Position numbers and translations under genes: made by a program. From a virus: a DNA stretch of 64,000 bases. The notes beneath the pieces were generated by a model that saw only the letters and a program-made list of their open reading frames with translations, had not been told where the DNA came from and searched no databases. Below, piece after piece: positions 1-9,875 of the stretch (position 1 is its first letter; every line of letters starts with the position of its first letter). The stretch lies in the IMG/VR virus record IMGVR_UViG_3300032897_000003, positions 1-64,000 of that record. One strand, written 5' to 3'.

Positions 1-312
1 CTCGGGGACCAGCTCAGGGGCCAGCTCTGGGACCAGCTCTGGGACCAGCTCAGGGGCCAGCTCTGGGGCCAGCTCAGGGGCCAGCTCGGGGGCCAGCTCG
101 GGGGCCAGCTCGGGGGCCAGCTCGGGGACCAGCTCAGGGGCCAGCTCTGGGACCAGCTCGGGGGCCAGCTCGGGGGCCAGCTCGGGGACCAGCTCTGGGA
201 CCAGCTCAGGGGCCAGCTCGGGGACCAGCTCAGGGGCCAGCTCTGGGACCAGCTCAGGGGCCAGCTCAGGGGCCAGCTCAGGGGCCAGCTCGGGGGCCAG
301 CTCAGGGACCAG
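1..312 (+). repeat. 26 x 12-bp coding tandem repeat CTC[G/A/T]GGG[A/G]CCAG
   Basis: Read directly; only two positions per unit vary. Confidence 0.95.
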
Positions 313-1011
313 CTCTGGTCAGAATTGGGGATCGAATGGTGGGGCCAACACGAAGCTTACTGGATTTCGTTCTACACATTTTGTCGCGAGATCGTCGGAG
401 CGAAATACGATGAGGTCGCGGATCGACGACTGAATATGTGGCGAGACATCGCGCAGTCGTGCTGCTGGTGGTGGTGTTACGAAAACTACGTCGTCATCAG
501 CGACAGACCAACTGTCTGCCGAATGACCGAGCAAGAGGGACGGCTGCATTGCTCGGACGGTCCAGCGCTCGCCTTCGCCGACGGGTATTCGCTCTGGCGC
601 TGGCACGGCGTCACTGTGCCCGAGGATGTGATCCTGCATCCTGAACAGATCATCGTTTCCCGCATCGACAGCGAAAGCAACGCCGAGGTTCGTCGGGTGC
701 TGATGGAGCGATACGGAGAAGCTCGATACCTGCAGGACAGCGGAGCGAAACCGATCCATCGCGACAAATACGGTGTGCTCTATCTCAAGGAAATACCCGA
801 CGACGAGCCGCTCGTCATGGTGCGGGTGGAGAACAGCACTCCCGAACCGGACGGCAGCACGAAAACCTACTTCCTGCGGGTAAACCCGGAATGCCGGCCG
901 TTGCTCGAAGATGGCACGATGGGAGAGCCACAGAAGCTGACAGCTCGAAACGCGGTGGCATCGGTGCATGGCCTGCGCGGAAAAGAATATGCACCAATGA
1001 TCGAGACCTAG
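1..1011 (+). CDS. DUF6745-like protein with N-terminal L[GRW][DG]Q repeat (5' truncated)
   Basis: Frame 1 is open from base 1 through the repeat into ORF 325..1011; motifs [69 protein letters not shown]. Confidence 0.8.
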   Translation, partial: LGDQLRGQLWDQLWDQLRGQLWGQLRGQLGGQLGGQLGGQLGDQLRGQLWDQLGGQLGGQLGDQLWDQLRGQLGDQLRGQLWDQLRGQLRGQLRGQLGGQLRDQLWSELGIEWWGQHEAYWISFYTFCREIVGAKYDEVADRRLNMWRDIAQSCCWWWCYENYVVISDRPTVCRMTEQEGRLHCSDGPALAFADGYSLWRWHGVTVPEDVILHPEQIIVSRIDSESNAEVRRVLMERYGEARYLQDSGAKPIHRDKYGVLYLKEIPDDEPLVMVRVENSTPEPDGSTKTYFLRVNPECRPLLEDGTMGEPQKLTARNAVASVHGLRGKEYAPMIET

Positions 1012-1025
1012 GAGGAAGACCGACC

Positions 1026-1358
1026 ATGAGCACAAAGAAGAAGATGGACCAATTCCGTCAGGGCGACGTTATGCTGATTGCCTGCAATCGGCCGAGCAAT
1101 CCCGGCAAGGAGGTCGAGCGCGAGAACGGCCGCATCGTCCTGGCCCACGGCGAGGTCACTGGACACGCCCACGCCATCGCATCCATGGACGCCACGCTGT
1201 TCATGGACGAGGCGACCGTCAACCGCTACCTCGACGTGCGAGCTCCGGTTACGCTTGACCACGAAGAGCACGCGCGTATCGACCTGCCTACGGGCTTCTA
1301 CCGTGTCGTGCGCCAGCGCGAATACCATCCCGCTGGCCTTCGACAAGTGGCAGACTAG
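1026..1358 (+). CDS. Conserved hypothetical protein, usual neighbour of DUF6745 genes
   Basis: RBS GGAGGA, ATG 1026; motifs RQGDV, LAHGEVTGHAH, HEEH, RQREY. Confidence 0.8.
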   Translation: MSTKKKMDQFRQGDVMLIACNRPSNPGKEVERENGRIVLAHGEVTGHAHAIASMDATLFMDEATVNRYLDVRAPVTLDHEEHARIDLPTGFYRVVRQREYHPAGLRQVAD

Positions 1359-1366
1359 ATAGCACC

Positions 1367-1762
1367 ATGGGAACAGCAAGCGTCGCGTACGCGAAGTCAC
1401 GCCAGAAGCAGCACGAGCAACACGATCAGCCCAAGCTGTCCGGCGAGGAACGCAGGGCTCTGAAGAAGCTGCGCAGGGAGGCGAGGGCAGCCGGGGCGAC
1501 GCTCGCCACCGATGGCGAGGGCGGGCTTCCACCGTCCCTCGTTCTCGGGGTGATGAGACGGGACAAGTTCCACTGCAAGAAGTGCGGCGAGCAGAAGGAC
1601 CTGTCGCTGCACCACAAAGCCCACTTGGATCACCCTGGATCGAAGTGGCTGAAGAAGAAGTCCAAGATCAAGGGGCCCGACCGCAACGACCCCGAGCTGA
1701 TTGCCACCATCTGCAAGGACTGTCACGACGACATCCACGAGGAAGACCGAGAACGCGGATGA
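1367..1762 (+). CDS. HNH endonuclease
   Basis: RRDKFHCKKCG...LHH...N...ICKDCHDDIH. Confidence 0.85.
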   Translation: MGTASVAYAKSRQKQHEQHDQPKLSGEERRALKKLRREARAAGATLATDGEGGLPPSLVLGVMRRDKFHCKKCGEQKDLSLHHKAHLDHPGSKWLKKKSKIKGPDRNDPELIATICKDCHDDIHEEDRERG

Positions 1763-1962
1763 TCCACCATGTTTTCAACGCGTGATTGCGCCGCTTTGTA
1801 TCGCTCCGAAGTGGGAGCCCATGCCCATGACGGCGAGCGGATCATCATGCCGACCCTCGACCAGCTTGAGAAGTGGTCCGACTATGTGGTGGAGAAGGCG
1901 AGGAACCGAGGGCGACGGCCGTGGCTCGGTCGCGAGATCTCCTACGGAGCCAGCAGGCCCCA

Positions 1963-2901
1963 ATGGCCAGCCTCTACGACCAGGTAGTCTCAGCGCACCG
2001 GCGTACCCTTGATCGGCTGATCGACCGCGGGAGCGTGGAGAGGCTGAAGTACGTCTACGACAGAGCAACGGCCGATGTTGCGCGCAAGCTCGAGCAGCGG
2101 CTTGGGAAAGGATCGGTCGACTTCACCGCCCACCACCTGCAGCTGGTCATGGCGCAGTTGAAGAGCGGTCAGATGTACATCGACGAGCAGCTGCTTGGAG
2201 AGCTGGACGCGGCCACCAGGGAAGCGCAGGTGGAATCCCTCCGAGGGCTGGCCCGGGACTACAAGAAGCTGGAGAAACACTTCAGCGGGCAGGCACCTGT
2301 CTTGCCGATCGAGGAATCGGCGCGATTCGCCAAGGTGGTCGACAAGGGGAGAAGCTCTCTCTTGCGCCAGCACAAGACCAGCATCAAGCGCTACGGCATG
2401 CAGATGATCGGGTCAATGCAGGACGCGATGGCTATCAGCCTCGCATCGGGGGAAACGCTCGATGGGGCGGTCGGTCGGGTGCACGGGGTGATGCAGGACG
2501 AATGGTGGAGGGCCGAGAGGGTCGCGAGGACCGAGTCCTGCTACGCAGCAAATGTCACCCACAGCGACGGCATTGCTGAGATTGCGAAGGACGACCATGG
2601 TCTCATGCAGCAATGGATCGAGTTCTGCGATCCTGACGGCAAGCCCCTCGACGACCGAGTGGCGGTCGACAGCATCGCAATCCATGGGCAGGTGGTGGAG
2701 CCAGGAGGGCTCTTCGTCATGCCGAAGACAGCGCCGTACCCAGACGCGAAGGGGAGAACGGACGTTCCCGACGCGCTTGTGGGGCAATCCTGGTCAGTTC
2801 CGCCATGTCGGCCCAACGGTAGAGAGACAGTGCAGGCGTGGAAGAAGGAGTGGGGGCCCGGCTGGAAGTACGTCAATGGACGAAGGGTGTGGATCAAGTA
2901 G
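1963..2901 (+). CDS. Minor head morphogenesis protein (Mu gpF/SPP1 gp7-like)
   Basis: RAERVARTE, DDRV..DSIAIHGQ, PPCRPNGRET; position before the head genes. Confidence 0.8.
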   Translation: MASLYDQVVSAHRRTLDRLIDRGSVERLKYVYDRATADVARKLEQRLGKGSVDFTAHHLQLVMAQLKSGQMYIDEQLLGELDAATREAQVESLRGLARDYKKLEKHFSGQAPVLPIEESARFAKVVDKGRSSLLRQHKTSIKRYGMQMIGSMQDAMAISLASGETLDGAVGRVHGVMQDEWWRAERVARTESCYAANVTHSDGIAEIAKDDHGLMQQWIEFCDPDGKPLDDRVAVDSIAIHGQVVEPGGLFVMPKTAPYPDAKGRTDVPDALVGQSWSVPPCRPNGRETVQAWKKEWGPGWKYVNGRRVWIK

Positions 2902-2949
2902 CAGTTTCGATCTGCAGTCTGTTACCATGGCGAGCTTGGAGGTACCACT

Positions 2950-4026
2950 ATGGCTCAATTTCGTCCGCATCGTCTGGACCCGCAACAGGAATCAATTCGA
3001 GCTTGGTTTGTTTGTCGCGATTTCCTAGGAACTGGAGTCTCGCACATCGGTCTCTCAATAAGCGCGGACTACACAGCTAAGTCTCTACAGTCACATGGAA
3101 TTTGGGCGGAAGCAATGGCTGTAAAGGACGCCGGCTCGCTTGCCGCTCAATTGGATGCCGCAGTAAAGACGGCATTAGCAAACGGGGAAGTGCGGCCATC
3201 GCACGTCATCATCTCTGCCCCGTGGCTCGAGGCTGATGACGTGGTCAAGCTGGCGCGCAAGTACCACGAGATGCAGTGGTATGTCATCAGCCATTCGAAC
3301 GTCGGCTTTCTCCAGGCAGACCCACACGCGATCAAGATCATGCGCGACCTGACGAGCTACCAGATGCAGATGCCGAACCTGTACGTCGGGGGGAACTGCA
3401 AGACGTTCGTCGAATGGGCAACCGCCGCGTGGCGCGTGCCCGTGATGTGGGCCCCGAACATGTACAACATGGCCGAGGTCATGGAACAGCACCCGAGAAC
3501 GTGGACGCCGGGCGCTCCGCTGCGGATAGGCCTGTTCGGTGCCAACCGTCCGCTCAAGAACCACATCACCGCGGCTGCCGCTGTCGTGGAGCTCGCCACG
3601 CGCTACGGATCACCCGTCGAGTTGTTGATGTCGTCGGGCCGTAACGAGGGATCATCCCAGCAGGCCATCGACGAAATCACAGCTCGCATTCCCAACTTGA
3701 AGGTGACCAAGACAGGGTGGCTCGACTGGCCTAGTTTCCGGGCCCTGATCAGGTCAACGAACCTGATGTTGCAGACCTCATTCACCGAAAGCTTCAACGT
3801 GGTGACGGCTGACGCCATCGCCGAGGGCGTGCCCGTGGTTGTCGGCTCCGCCATCGATTGGGCGCCTACACACTGGCAAGCCGACCCGGACGATCCAATG
3901 GATGTCGCGGCGGTAGCCGACCGTCTCCTGCGTGACCCGCACGCGATGGCCAACGGGCGGAGGGCTCTTCAGCACTATGTAAGCCAAGCGTGGATCGGCT
4001 GGCAGCAGTTGTTCGGATTGGCGTAG
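2950..4026 (+). CDS. GT-B fold glycosyltransferase (GT4-like)
   Basis: GLFGANRPLKNH; QTSFTESFNVVTADAIAEGVPVV resembles the GT4 E-x7-E/D motif. Confidence 0.8.
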   Translation: MAQFRPHRLDPQQESIRAWFVCRDFLGTGVSHIGLSISADYTAKSLQSHGIWAEAMAVKDAGSLAAQLDAAVKTALANGEVRPSHVIISAPWLEADDVVKLARKYHEMQWYVISHSNVGFLQADPHAIKIMRDLTSYQMQMPNLYVGGNCKTFVEWATAAWRVPVMWAPNMYNMAEVMEQHPRTWTPGAPLRIGLFGANRPLKNHITAAAAVVELATRYGSPVELLMSSGRNEGSSQQAIDEITARIPNLKVTKTGWLDWPSFRALIRSTNLMLQTSFTESFNVVTADAIAEGVPVVVGSAIDWAPTHWQADPDDPMDVAAVADRLLRDPHAMANGRRALQHYVSQAWIGWQQLFGLA

Positions 4027-4796
4027 TTCGCAGGGCTTCCGGTGCTCTCTATCCCCGATTCTATGGGGTCACTCAACAGCATCTCCTGTCCACTTCTTCA
4101 GTCGCCACGGCCTTCTTCGAATTAGCTGTTGCACGCTCCAGAAATAGTGTCCACCATTACGTCAGCAGTGCTGACAATTAGATCCAGCCATCGGCCCCAG
4201 CCGGCCAGGACTAAAGGCAGCCCTGCTCCGGAGGACCAATGCTCAAGATCGCTCTGACCCTGTTCGTAATGGGCTCGCTCGCTTGGTGTGGGAATGCTGA
4301 GGCCAAGGGCAAGGCCGGCGTTAGCGGAGAATGCGTCGAGGTGCCGATTCCGTCCGACCGGCTCACCGGGTGGAGGGATGCTCGGTGAGCAAGGGCACGC
4401 GTATAGCCACGGTCATCGACCTGGCAGAGCTGGTGTTTCGCTGGAGGCGCCCCAACATCCCATGCTGAAGGCCTGCAGCACCTGCGGCTGGGTGATGAGA
4501 ACACCATCTGGTCGCAGGGTTTGCACCTGTTTCGATTCACAGGAATTGGTCGTGCACGCCTCGGGTTTGTGCCGACGCTGGTTTCACGTGTGGTTGTTGC
4601 GTGCGCTGTACGCGAGCACACATGACCATGCAAGAAAAACGACACCGTCACTGCTAGACACCTGTCCAGGTCTAGCGAACGTAACTATGGATAACTGTTG
4701 CTAGACACAGTGAAGCGATGTCGCTAACGTATTGTAATGACTGAAGAAAAAGCTTGACCTGCCACGCAAGGCGTGGACTCTATTGATCTAGAGACC

Positions 4797-5354
4797 ATGA
4801 GCAGCGTCGACCCTGGCAAGCTGAAGTCACTCGTCAAAAACTCTCAAACCGAGCTTCCCGATACGGAAGATGAAGAGGAAAGCGAGGATACAGACGAGGG
4901 AGACGAAGGCGCTGGGGATGATGAGACCGAAGACGAAGCCGATGGCGACGATGGTGACGAGGAGGAAGTAACGGTCGATTCATTGGCCGAGTCCTTCGCC
5001 CCTGCCGTAGCCTCCATCAACGAGATCATCGACGAGTTTCGGGGTGGCGGCGATGCCCAGCCGAAGGCCGGCGTCGAGCAGCTGGAAGAGGACGTAGACG
5101 CCGAGACGGTGCACGAGTTTTGTGCATGGACCGTCGACGCCGGTAAGAAGGACTTCCGGAAGCTCGGCGAGGCGCTCGACCTGGAAGACGTCGACGGGTT
5201 CGTCGGCTGGTGCCGTGCCGTTCGCAAGATGGAGGAAGATGGAGAGGGCGAGGGTGGCGGTGAGGATGGGAAAGAGGAGCAGGACGACGAGGGCGCCGGA
5301 GATGATGAGGCCATGGGCGAGGAAGAGACCGAAGACGAAGGCGACGAGGACTAA
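4797..5354 (+). CDS. Highly acidic hypothetical protein
   Basis: D/E-rich termini around a short folded core. Confidence 0.7.
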   Translation: MSSVDPGKLKSLVKNSQTELPDTEDEEESEDTDEGDEGAGDDETEDEADGDDGDEEEVTVDSLAESFAPAVASINEIIDEFRGGGDAQPKAGVEQLEEDVDAETVHEFCAWTVDAGKKDFRKLGEALDLEDVDGFVGWCRAVRKMEEDGEGEGGGEDGKEEQDDEGAGDDEAMGEEETEDEGDED

Positions 5355-5357
5355 CTC

Positions 5358-5624
5358 ATGCCGGGCAACCTCAAGAACAGAATGCGGATGCCGTCCGGCA
5401 ACGGTCTGGTCAATCGCGACTTGAGCCGCGTGGAAGGCGAGCGAGCGGCCGATCCTCAGTTCTACGAGCCCGACGTCAGCCACGTCGACACGGATACGGA
5501 CGACGGCCTCAAGGTGTCGGGAGGAAAGATTTCGGCGAGGCCGCGGAGCAAGTCGAGTGACCTGCCCGGCTATCCCGTCAACCGCAGCGCATTCGTGCGC
5601 ACCAATCCAAGGGGGACTCGATGA
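5358..5624 (+). CDS. Small hypothetical protein
   Basis: Tightly coupled to both neighbours. Confidence 0.6.
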   Translation: MPGNLKNRMRMPSGNGLVNRDLSRVEGERAADPQFYEPDVSHVDTDTDDGLKVSGGKISARPRSKSSDLPGYPVNRSAFVRTNPRGTR

Positions 5625-5848
5625 GCACAGAAGCTCTATCACCCGGGCGCCGCCGGGCCCTGCAGTTGTCCGGTGCGAAGATTCGATCGCCACAACAGCA
5701 CATGGCTCCTGATGGGAAACCTGTCGGAGCAGGCGCTGACGTGCTCGGTGGAGCGAAGCCGAGTGAACCTTTGCTCAACACTGCGAGCGTTTCGCCGCCC
5801 GCAGCCGGGCGCCGCCCGCTGCCGCTCAAGCGCCAGGCCGGTAAGTGA
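5621..5848 (+). CDS. Small hypothetical protein (C-terminal PLPLK)
   Basis: ATGA overlap with the upstream gene. Confidence 0.6.
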   Translation: MSTEALSPGRRRALQLSGAKIRSPQQHMAPDGKPVGAGADVLGGAKPSEPLLNTASVSPPAAGRRPLPLKRQAGK

Positions 5849-5868
5849 GCGGCTGAAGGAGAATTTTC

Positions 5869-6018
5869 ATGGCCGAGATCAAAGACACCAAGAAAGAGTA
5901 CGACGCTTCCCACGGGACGCCCAAGGGATGGGATCCGAAGGAGATCGACACCGCATCGACCGCGATGCCAAAGCGGCAGGGCCCGTTGCCGTTCAAGAAG
6001 ACGGGCGGCACCGTCTAA
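5869..6018 (+). CDS. 49-aa protein MAEIKDTKKE...GPLPFKKTGGTV (not in ORF track)
   Basis: Strong RBS AAGGAG; translated by hand. Confidence 0.7.
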   Translation: MAEIKDTKKEYDASHGTPKGWDPKEIDTASTAMPKRQGPLPFKKTGGTV

Positions 6019-6055
6019 CCCTTTTCACCGCCACAGGCAGAAAGACGATTTTTTG

Positions 6056-6808
6056 ATGACGACAACAACGGTTGTTCAAACGGTTCGCGACAAGCTGAAC
6101 AGCAACATTCTCGGCAAGGAGACCGACGTACACAGCCGAGCCCCGCTCGGTGACATCCTGTCGATCCTCCTCGACACGACCAACCCGACCACGGTCGTTG
6201 CGGCCACCACAGTGGGCGCTGCGGTGACTCCGACGTCGAGTGCACCGTCGGCGCAGACCGGCGCGACGGTGAGTACGACCAGCGCGGCGACGCAGACCGG
6301 GAGCTACGTCCAGGCCGACGTCCAGACGATCGCGACTTTGGCGAACGCGCTGAAGACCGACTACAACAAGACGATCACCGACGTGGGCGCGATCCTCACC
6401 ACGCTGGGCGCCGCGGTTACTGACGTGGGAACGCTGGCCACGCGGCTGAACCAAGCTCGCGTCGACATCCTTGCCTTGCGTGCCGAGCTGGCCGCGGTCG
6501 TTGGGAACGGCGTGATCGGTGGAGCGACCGAGACCGGGCTGACCCCGACGTCCAACGTGGTCACCCTGTCGGCCGCGCCGACCGAGCATGGCCTCATCAC
6601 CGTGCACGTCACCGCTGGTACGACGACGGGCGTGTTCAAGCTCGTTCGAGATCCCGACCACACCCTCGCCACCGGTGAGGTGTACTGGAACGGAAAGACG
6701 AAGCTCACGTTCGCCGCGATCGATGCCGTCAGCGCGGTGGATGTCATCTACGCGAAGGGCGACCTCTCGCAGAAGGTCTCCTGCCTGTTGCCGTCCGTAC
6801 CGACGTAA
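6056..6808 (+). CDS. Thr-rich putative virion (head decoration/fibre) protein
   Basis: Composition, coiled-coil segment, location in the head module. Confidence 0.55.
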   Translation: MTTTTVVQTVRDKLNSNILGKETDVHSRAPLGDILSILLDTTNPTTVVAATTVGAAVTPTSSAPSAQTGATVSTTSAATQTGSYVQADVQTIATLANALKTDYNKTITDVGAILTTLGAAVTDVGTLATRLNQARVDILALRAELAAVVGNGVIGGATETGLTPTSNVVTLSAAPTEHGLITVHVTAGTTTGVFKLVRDPDHTLATGEVYWNGKTKLTFAAIDAVSAVDVIYAKGDLSQKVSCLLPSVPT

Positions 6809-6998
6809 CCGTCGGCCACCAAATGTTCATCACCCGCGGGACATACGCCAACCTCGGATTCACCGGGGGCGCCTCTGTCCCGCGCCACGTGACTCGTAGA
6901 CTCGCGCAAGCCCGCTTGTCGAAGTCGTCACTCGTGACGACGGCGACGATACAGCCGGTAGACCGCGACAGAGACGAGTAGCTCACGAGGAGCGAGTC

Positions 6999-7883
6999 AT
7001 GCCAGACCCCATCATCCCACAGCCCGCAGAAAACCAACTCCCAGTCCCACAGCCACAGCCAATCACTCCGCCAGATCCGAACGCGCAACCGGCGCAGTCC
7101 CAGACCGTGCGATCCGAAGGCAGCCTCGTGCATCTGCCGAGCCGGGCGCTCAAAGAGCGCTTGGACAAAGCAGAGAAGCGAGGACGCAGTGCCATGTTGG
7201 CCGAGCTTGATACACAAGCCCAAGCACTTGGGTACGCGAATCACGCGGCCATGATGCAGCACCTGCAAGCCAGGAAGCCAACCGGCGCGGGACCGAAGCC
7301 GGCGCAAGCCCAGCCCCAACCAGGACAGACACCCAATTCCGAACCGACGCCACCCAGGGATCGCAACAACCGCCAGGCCATGCGGGAGTACGAGCGAGAC
7401 CACCGTAGGTGGCAAGAAACGCAAAAGGCGAAAGAGCGGGCCGAGCAAGCGGCAGCCGATGCGCGCAAAAAGCAGCGACGAGCCGAGCGACAAGTGCAAG
7501 CCATGCAGGCTCGCATGGAGCTCGAGCGGATCGCGTCCCACGTTGGGATCAAGGACACCGACTACGCAATCACCTTGTTCGAGCGAGCCCACGCCAATTT
7601 GAGCGAGGACGATCTCGGGAAGGTCGACGAGGCAAAATTCTTCGAAGGGCTTCGTCAAGGACATGCGTACCTGTTCGGTGAAGTCGTGGTACCCGCTACG
7701 ACTGGCACGACAGGAACGGTACCAGGGTCGAGTGGAGCGAGACCGCCACAGCCTTCGGCCACGTCGGTCAAGGCAGGCGATCAGGGCAAGGTCGATACCA
7801 TGAAGATGTCCAAGGAGGAGTACCAACGGTACAAGGCCAAGTTGGGCATCCGCGGGGCAGCGGCCGGAACCCGAATGTCGTAG
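6999..7883 (+). CDS. Capsid scaffolding protein
   Basis: Pro/Gln-rich with coiled coil, C-terminal MSKEEYQRYK helix, directly before the capsid gene. Confidence 0.75.
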   Translation: MPDPIIPQPAENQLPVPQPQPITPPDPNAQPAQSQTVRSEGSLVHLPSRALKERLDKAEKRGRSAMLAELDTQAQALGYANHAAMMQHLQARKPTGAGPKPAQAQPQPGQTPNSEPTPPRDRNNRQAMREYERDHRRWQETQKAKERAEQAAADARKKQRRAERQVQAMQARMELERIASHVGIKDTDYAITLFERAHANLSEDDLGKVDEAKFFEGLRQGHAYLFGEVVVPATTGTTGTVPGSSGARPPQPSATSVKAGDQGKVDTMKMSKEEYQRYKAKLGIRGAAAGTRMS

Positions 7884-7939
7884 TGAGGGGGCACGGGGGT
7901 CGAGAACCACAACAGCAGCAGAAGTAAAGGAAGGAAACC

Positions 7940-9352
7940 ATGGATTGGTCAGTCATTTCTCAAGACCCGCAAATTCGAGCCCTCGTGCAAGAGAACGCGC
8001 TCATCCGCGAGTTCAGGGATGCGCTCTTCCCCCGGATCTTGTTCCGCGGTGAAGCACAGGCGATTCACCAGCCCGGCGAAGCCGGCGACTCGTTTGTCTT
8101 CACCGGAAACGGCCTCATGACCCCGACCTCGGGCCCCATGAAGCCAGGCGAAGATCCCGAGCCGCAGGATTTCCAGAAGGAACAGTGGACGATGCAGTTC
8201 CACCAGTACGGCGATCGGGCGCCCGACACGCACATGCCGACCAGCATCCTCGCCATCGCAAGCTTGCTGGTGAACAACGTTCGCACGCTCGGTCTGCACG
8301 CGGCGCAGTCGCTGAACCGCGCCGTCCGCAACCGCCTGTACAACGCCGGCCTGTCCGGCAACACTGTGGGCACCGGCAACGCTGGCACGCATACACTGCC
8401 CGTCGCTCGCCTGAACGGATTCACCACCGCGCGACGGCCCGACCTCGCCAACGGCGAGCCGGTGAAGTACGCCGCGGTGTCGTCGAACAACCCGCTGATC
8501 GTGCACTACAAGCACAGCGGGACGGTCTACGACGCCACCGTGACCTCGTTCACGCCGGATAATTCCGGAGACGAGTGCGGGCCCGGCACGCTGACCGTGT
8601 CCGAGACGGTCACCGGCCAGTTCGTGTCACGCGATCCGATCTGGACCGATGACCACAGCGCCGTGCTGCGTCCTACGTCGCTGCTGTCGATCGACACCAT
8701 GGCGGCATCGACCACCTACGCGTTCACGTTCGACCTGTTCCGCCAGGCCATCGCGCAGCTGAGCGACAACAACGTGCCGAAGTGCCCGGATGGCTTCTAC
8801 CATTCGCACTTCAGCAACTACAGCAAGAACCAGCTGTACTCGAGCGACGAGGCCCAGCGGCTCCAGACGAGCTTGCCGGATTACTACTGGTACAAGGAGT
8901 TCACGATCGGCGACGTGCTCGGCACGCTGGTGTTCGAGGACACCGAGACGCCGAGGAAGGACACCTTGATCGGTGGCCAGACGAACACCTACACCGGGAA
9001 TCTGCGTCGGGGCGACCTGTTCGGCGGCGAGTCCTACAACGCCACCAGCGTCGAGATCCAGCGGCCCATCTTCTTGGGGGCCGAGGCCGTGTACGAATAC
9101 TACAACGACCTCAGCGGGATGATCACCGAGGCCGGCGTTGTCGGAGCCATCGGAGACTTCTCGAACCTCACGAACAGCGGCGTCGACGTCAACGTGGAAC
9201 GCGTGCAGTGCTACATCCGCGCGCCGGTGAACGTGATGGGCGACATCGTGACGGCCGTCTGGAAGATGATCGCAGACTGGCCGTGCAGGACCGACGGAGC
9301 CGTTGGCGGGAAGGCCCGCTACAAGAGAGTCGTCGTTGTTGAGCATGCATAG
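7940..9352 (+). CDS. Major capsid protein
   Basis: 470 aa after the scaffold; strong RBS and codon bias. Confidence 0.8.
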   Translation: MDWSVISQDPQIRALVQENALIREFRDALFPRILFRGEAQAIHQPGEAGDSFVFTGNGLMTPTSGPMKPGEDPEPQDFQKEQWTMQFHQYGDRAPDTHMPTSILAIASLLVNNVRTLGLHAAQSLNRAVRNRLYNAGLSGNTVGTGNAGTHTLPVARLNGFTTARRPDLANGEPVKYAAVSSNNPLIVHYKHSGTVYDATVTSFTPDNSGDECGPGTLTVSETVTGQFVSRDPIWTDDHSAVLRPTSLLSIDTMAASTTYAFTFDLFRQAIAQLSDNNVPKCPDGFYHSHFSNYSKNQLYSSDEAQRLQTSLPDYYWYKEFTIGDVLGTLVFEDTETPRKDTLIGGQTNTYTGNLRRGDLFGGESYNATSVEIQRPIFLGAEAVYEYYNDLSGMITEAGVVGAIGDFSNLTNSGVDVNVERVQCYIRAPVNVMGDIVTAVWKMIADWPCRTDGAVGGKARYKRVVVVEHA

Positions 9353-9875
9353 CCGGCATTTCGGAGCTAGTTTCACGTGAAACTCACGCAGAGCAGCCAC
9401 ATCACGAACCGGGCGACGAGCCCGGAGGGCTGCTCTGCGTTTGGTTTGCCCTTCGGGGCAATTAAGTGGCCTGGACCGTTCTACGGTCGTATGTCTCAGC
9501 GGTCGTGTCGCTGGACTCGGGCCCACCGGCGTGGTGGCTGCGTTTCGGCGCTGGCCTATACGAACATGCCGGGTAGCCACACTTACCGCCTGATGGTAGC
9601 GGCTCTGCGTGCAACTGGTATGGTCTCCGGTTTTGCGCATCCGCTTTTGGATGGCGGACTTGGACGAGCTTCGGCTTTGTCCGTGTTGTTGTGTGGCATT
9701 CGGGGAACGCAAACCCTAGCCTTTTTTGGCTATGGAACCGCGTGCCCCTTTGGTGGCCCCGATGCTAGTCGTCGGTCGGTGGCTTTTGCCATGACGTCGC
9801 ACTCTCGCCAGGAAAGTCCCCTCGCCCAGGGTTACAGGGCGTTACTTCCGTCGCTGGAGTGCGACGTCCCACCGC
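9353..9875 (+). ncRNA. Candidate large structured ncRNA (~520 nt)
   Basis: Many nested stems (13-bp 9386-9398/9428-9440; 12-bp 9793-9804/9857-9868), two cUUCGg loops, no convincing ORF. Confidence 0.65.

Noticed and set aside
1-312. Diversity-generating retroelement or CRISPR explanation for the 12-bp repeat
   Set aside because: No reverse transcriptase, template/variable repeat pair or spacers; it is an in-frame coding repeat
9810-9820. AGGAAAGTCC resembling the RNase P RNA conserved region
   Set aside because: It lies near the 3' end of the element, and no matching P4 partner or other RNase P motif follows
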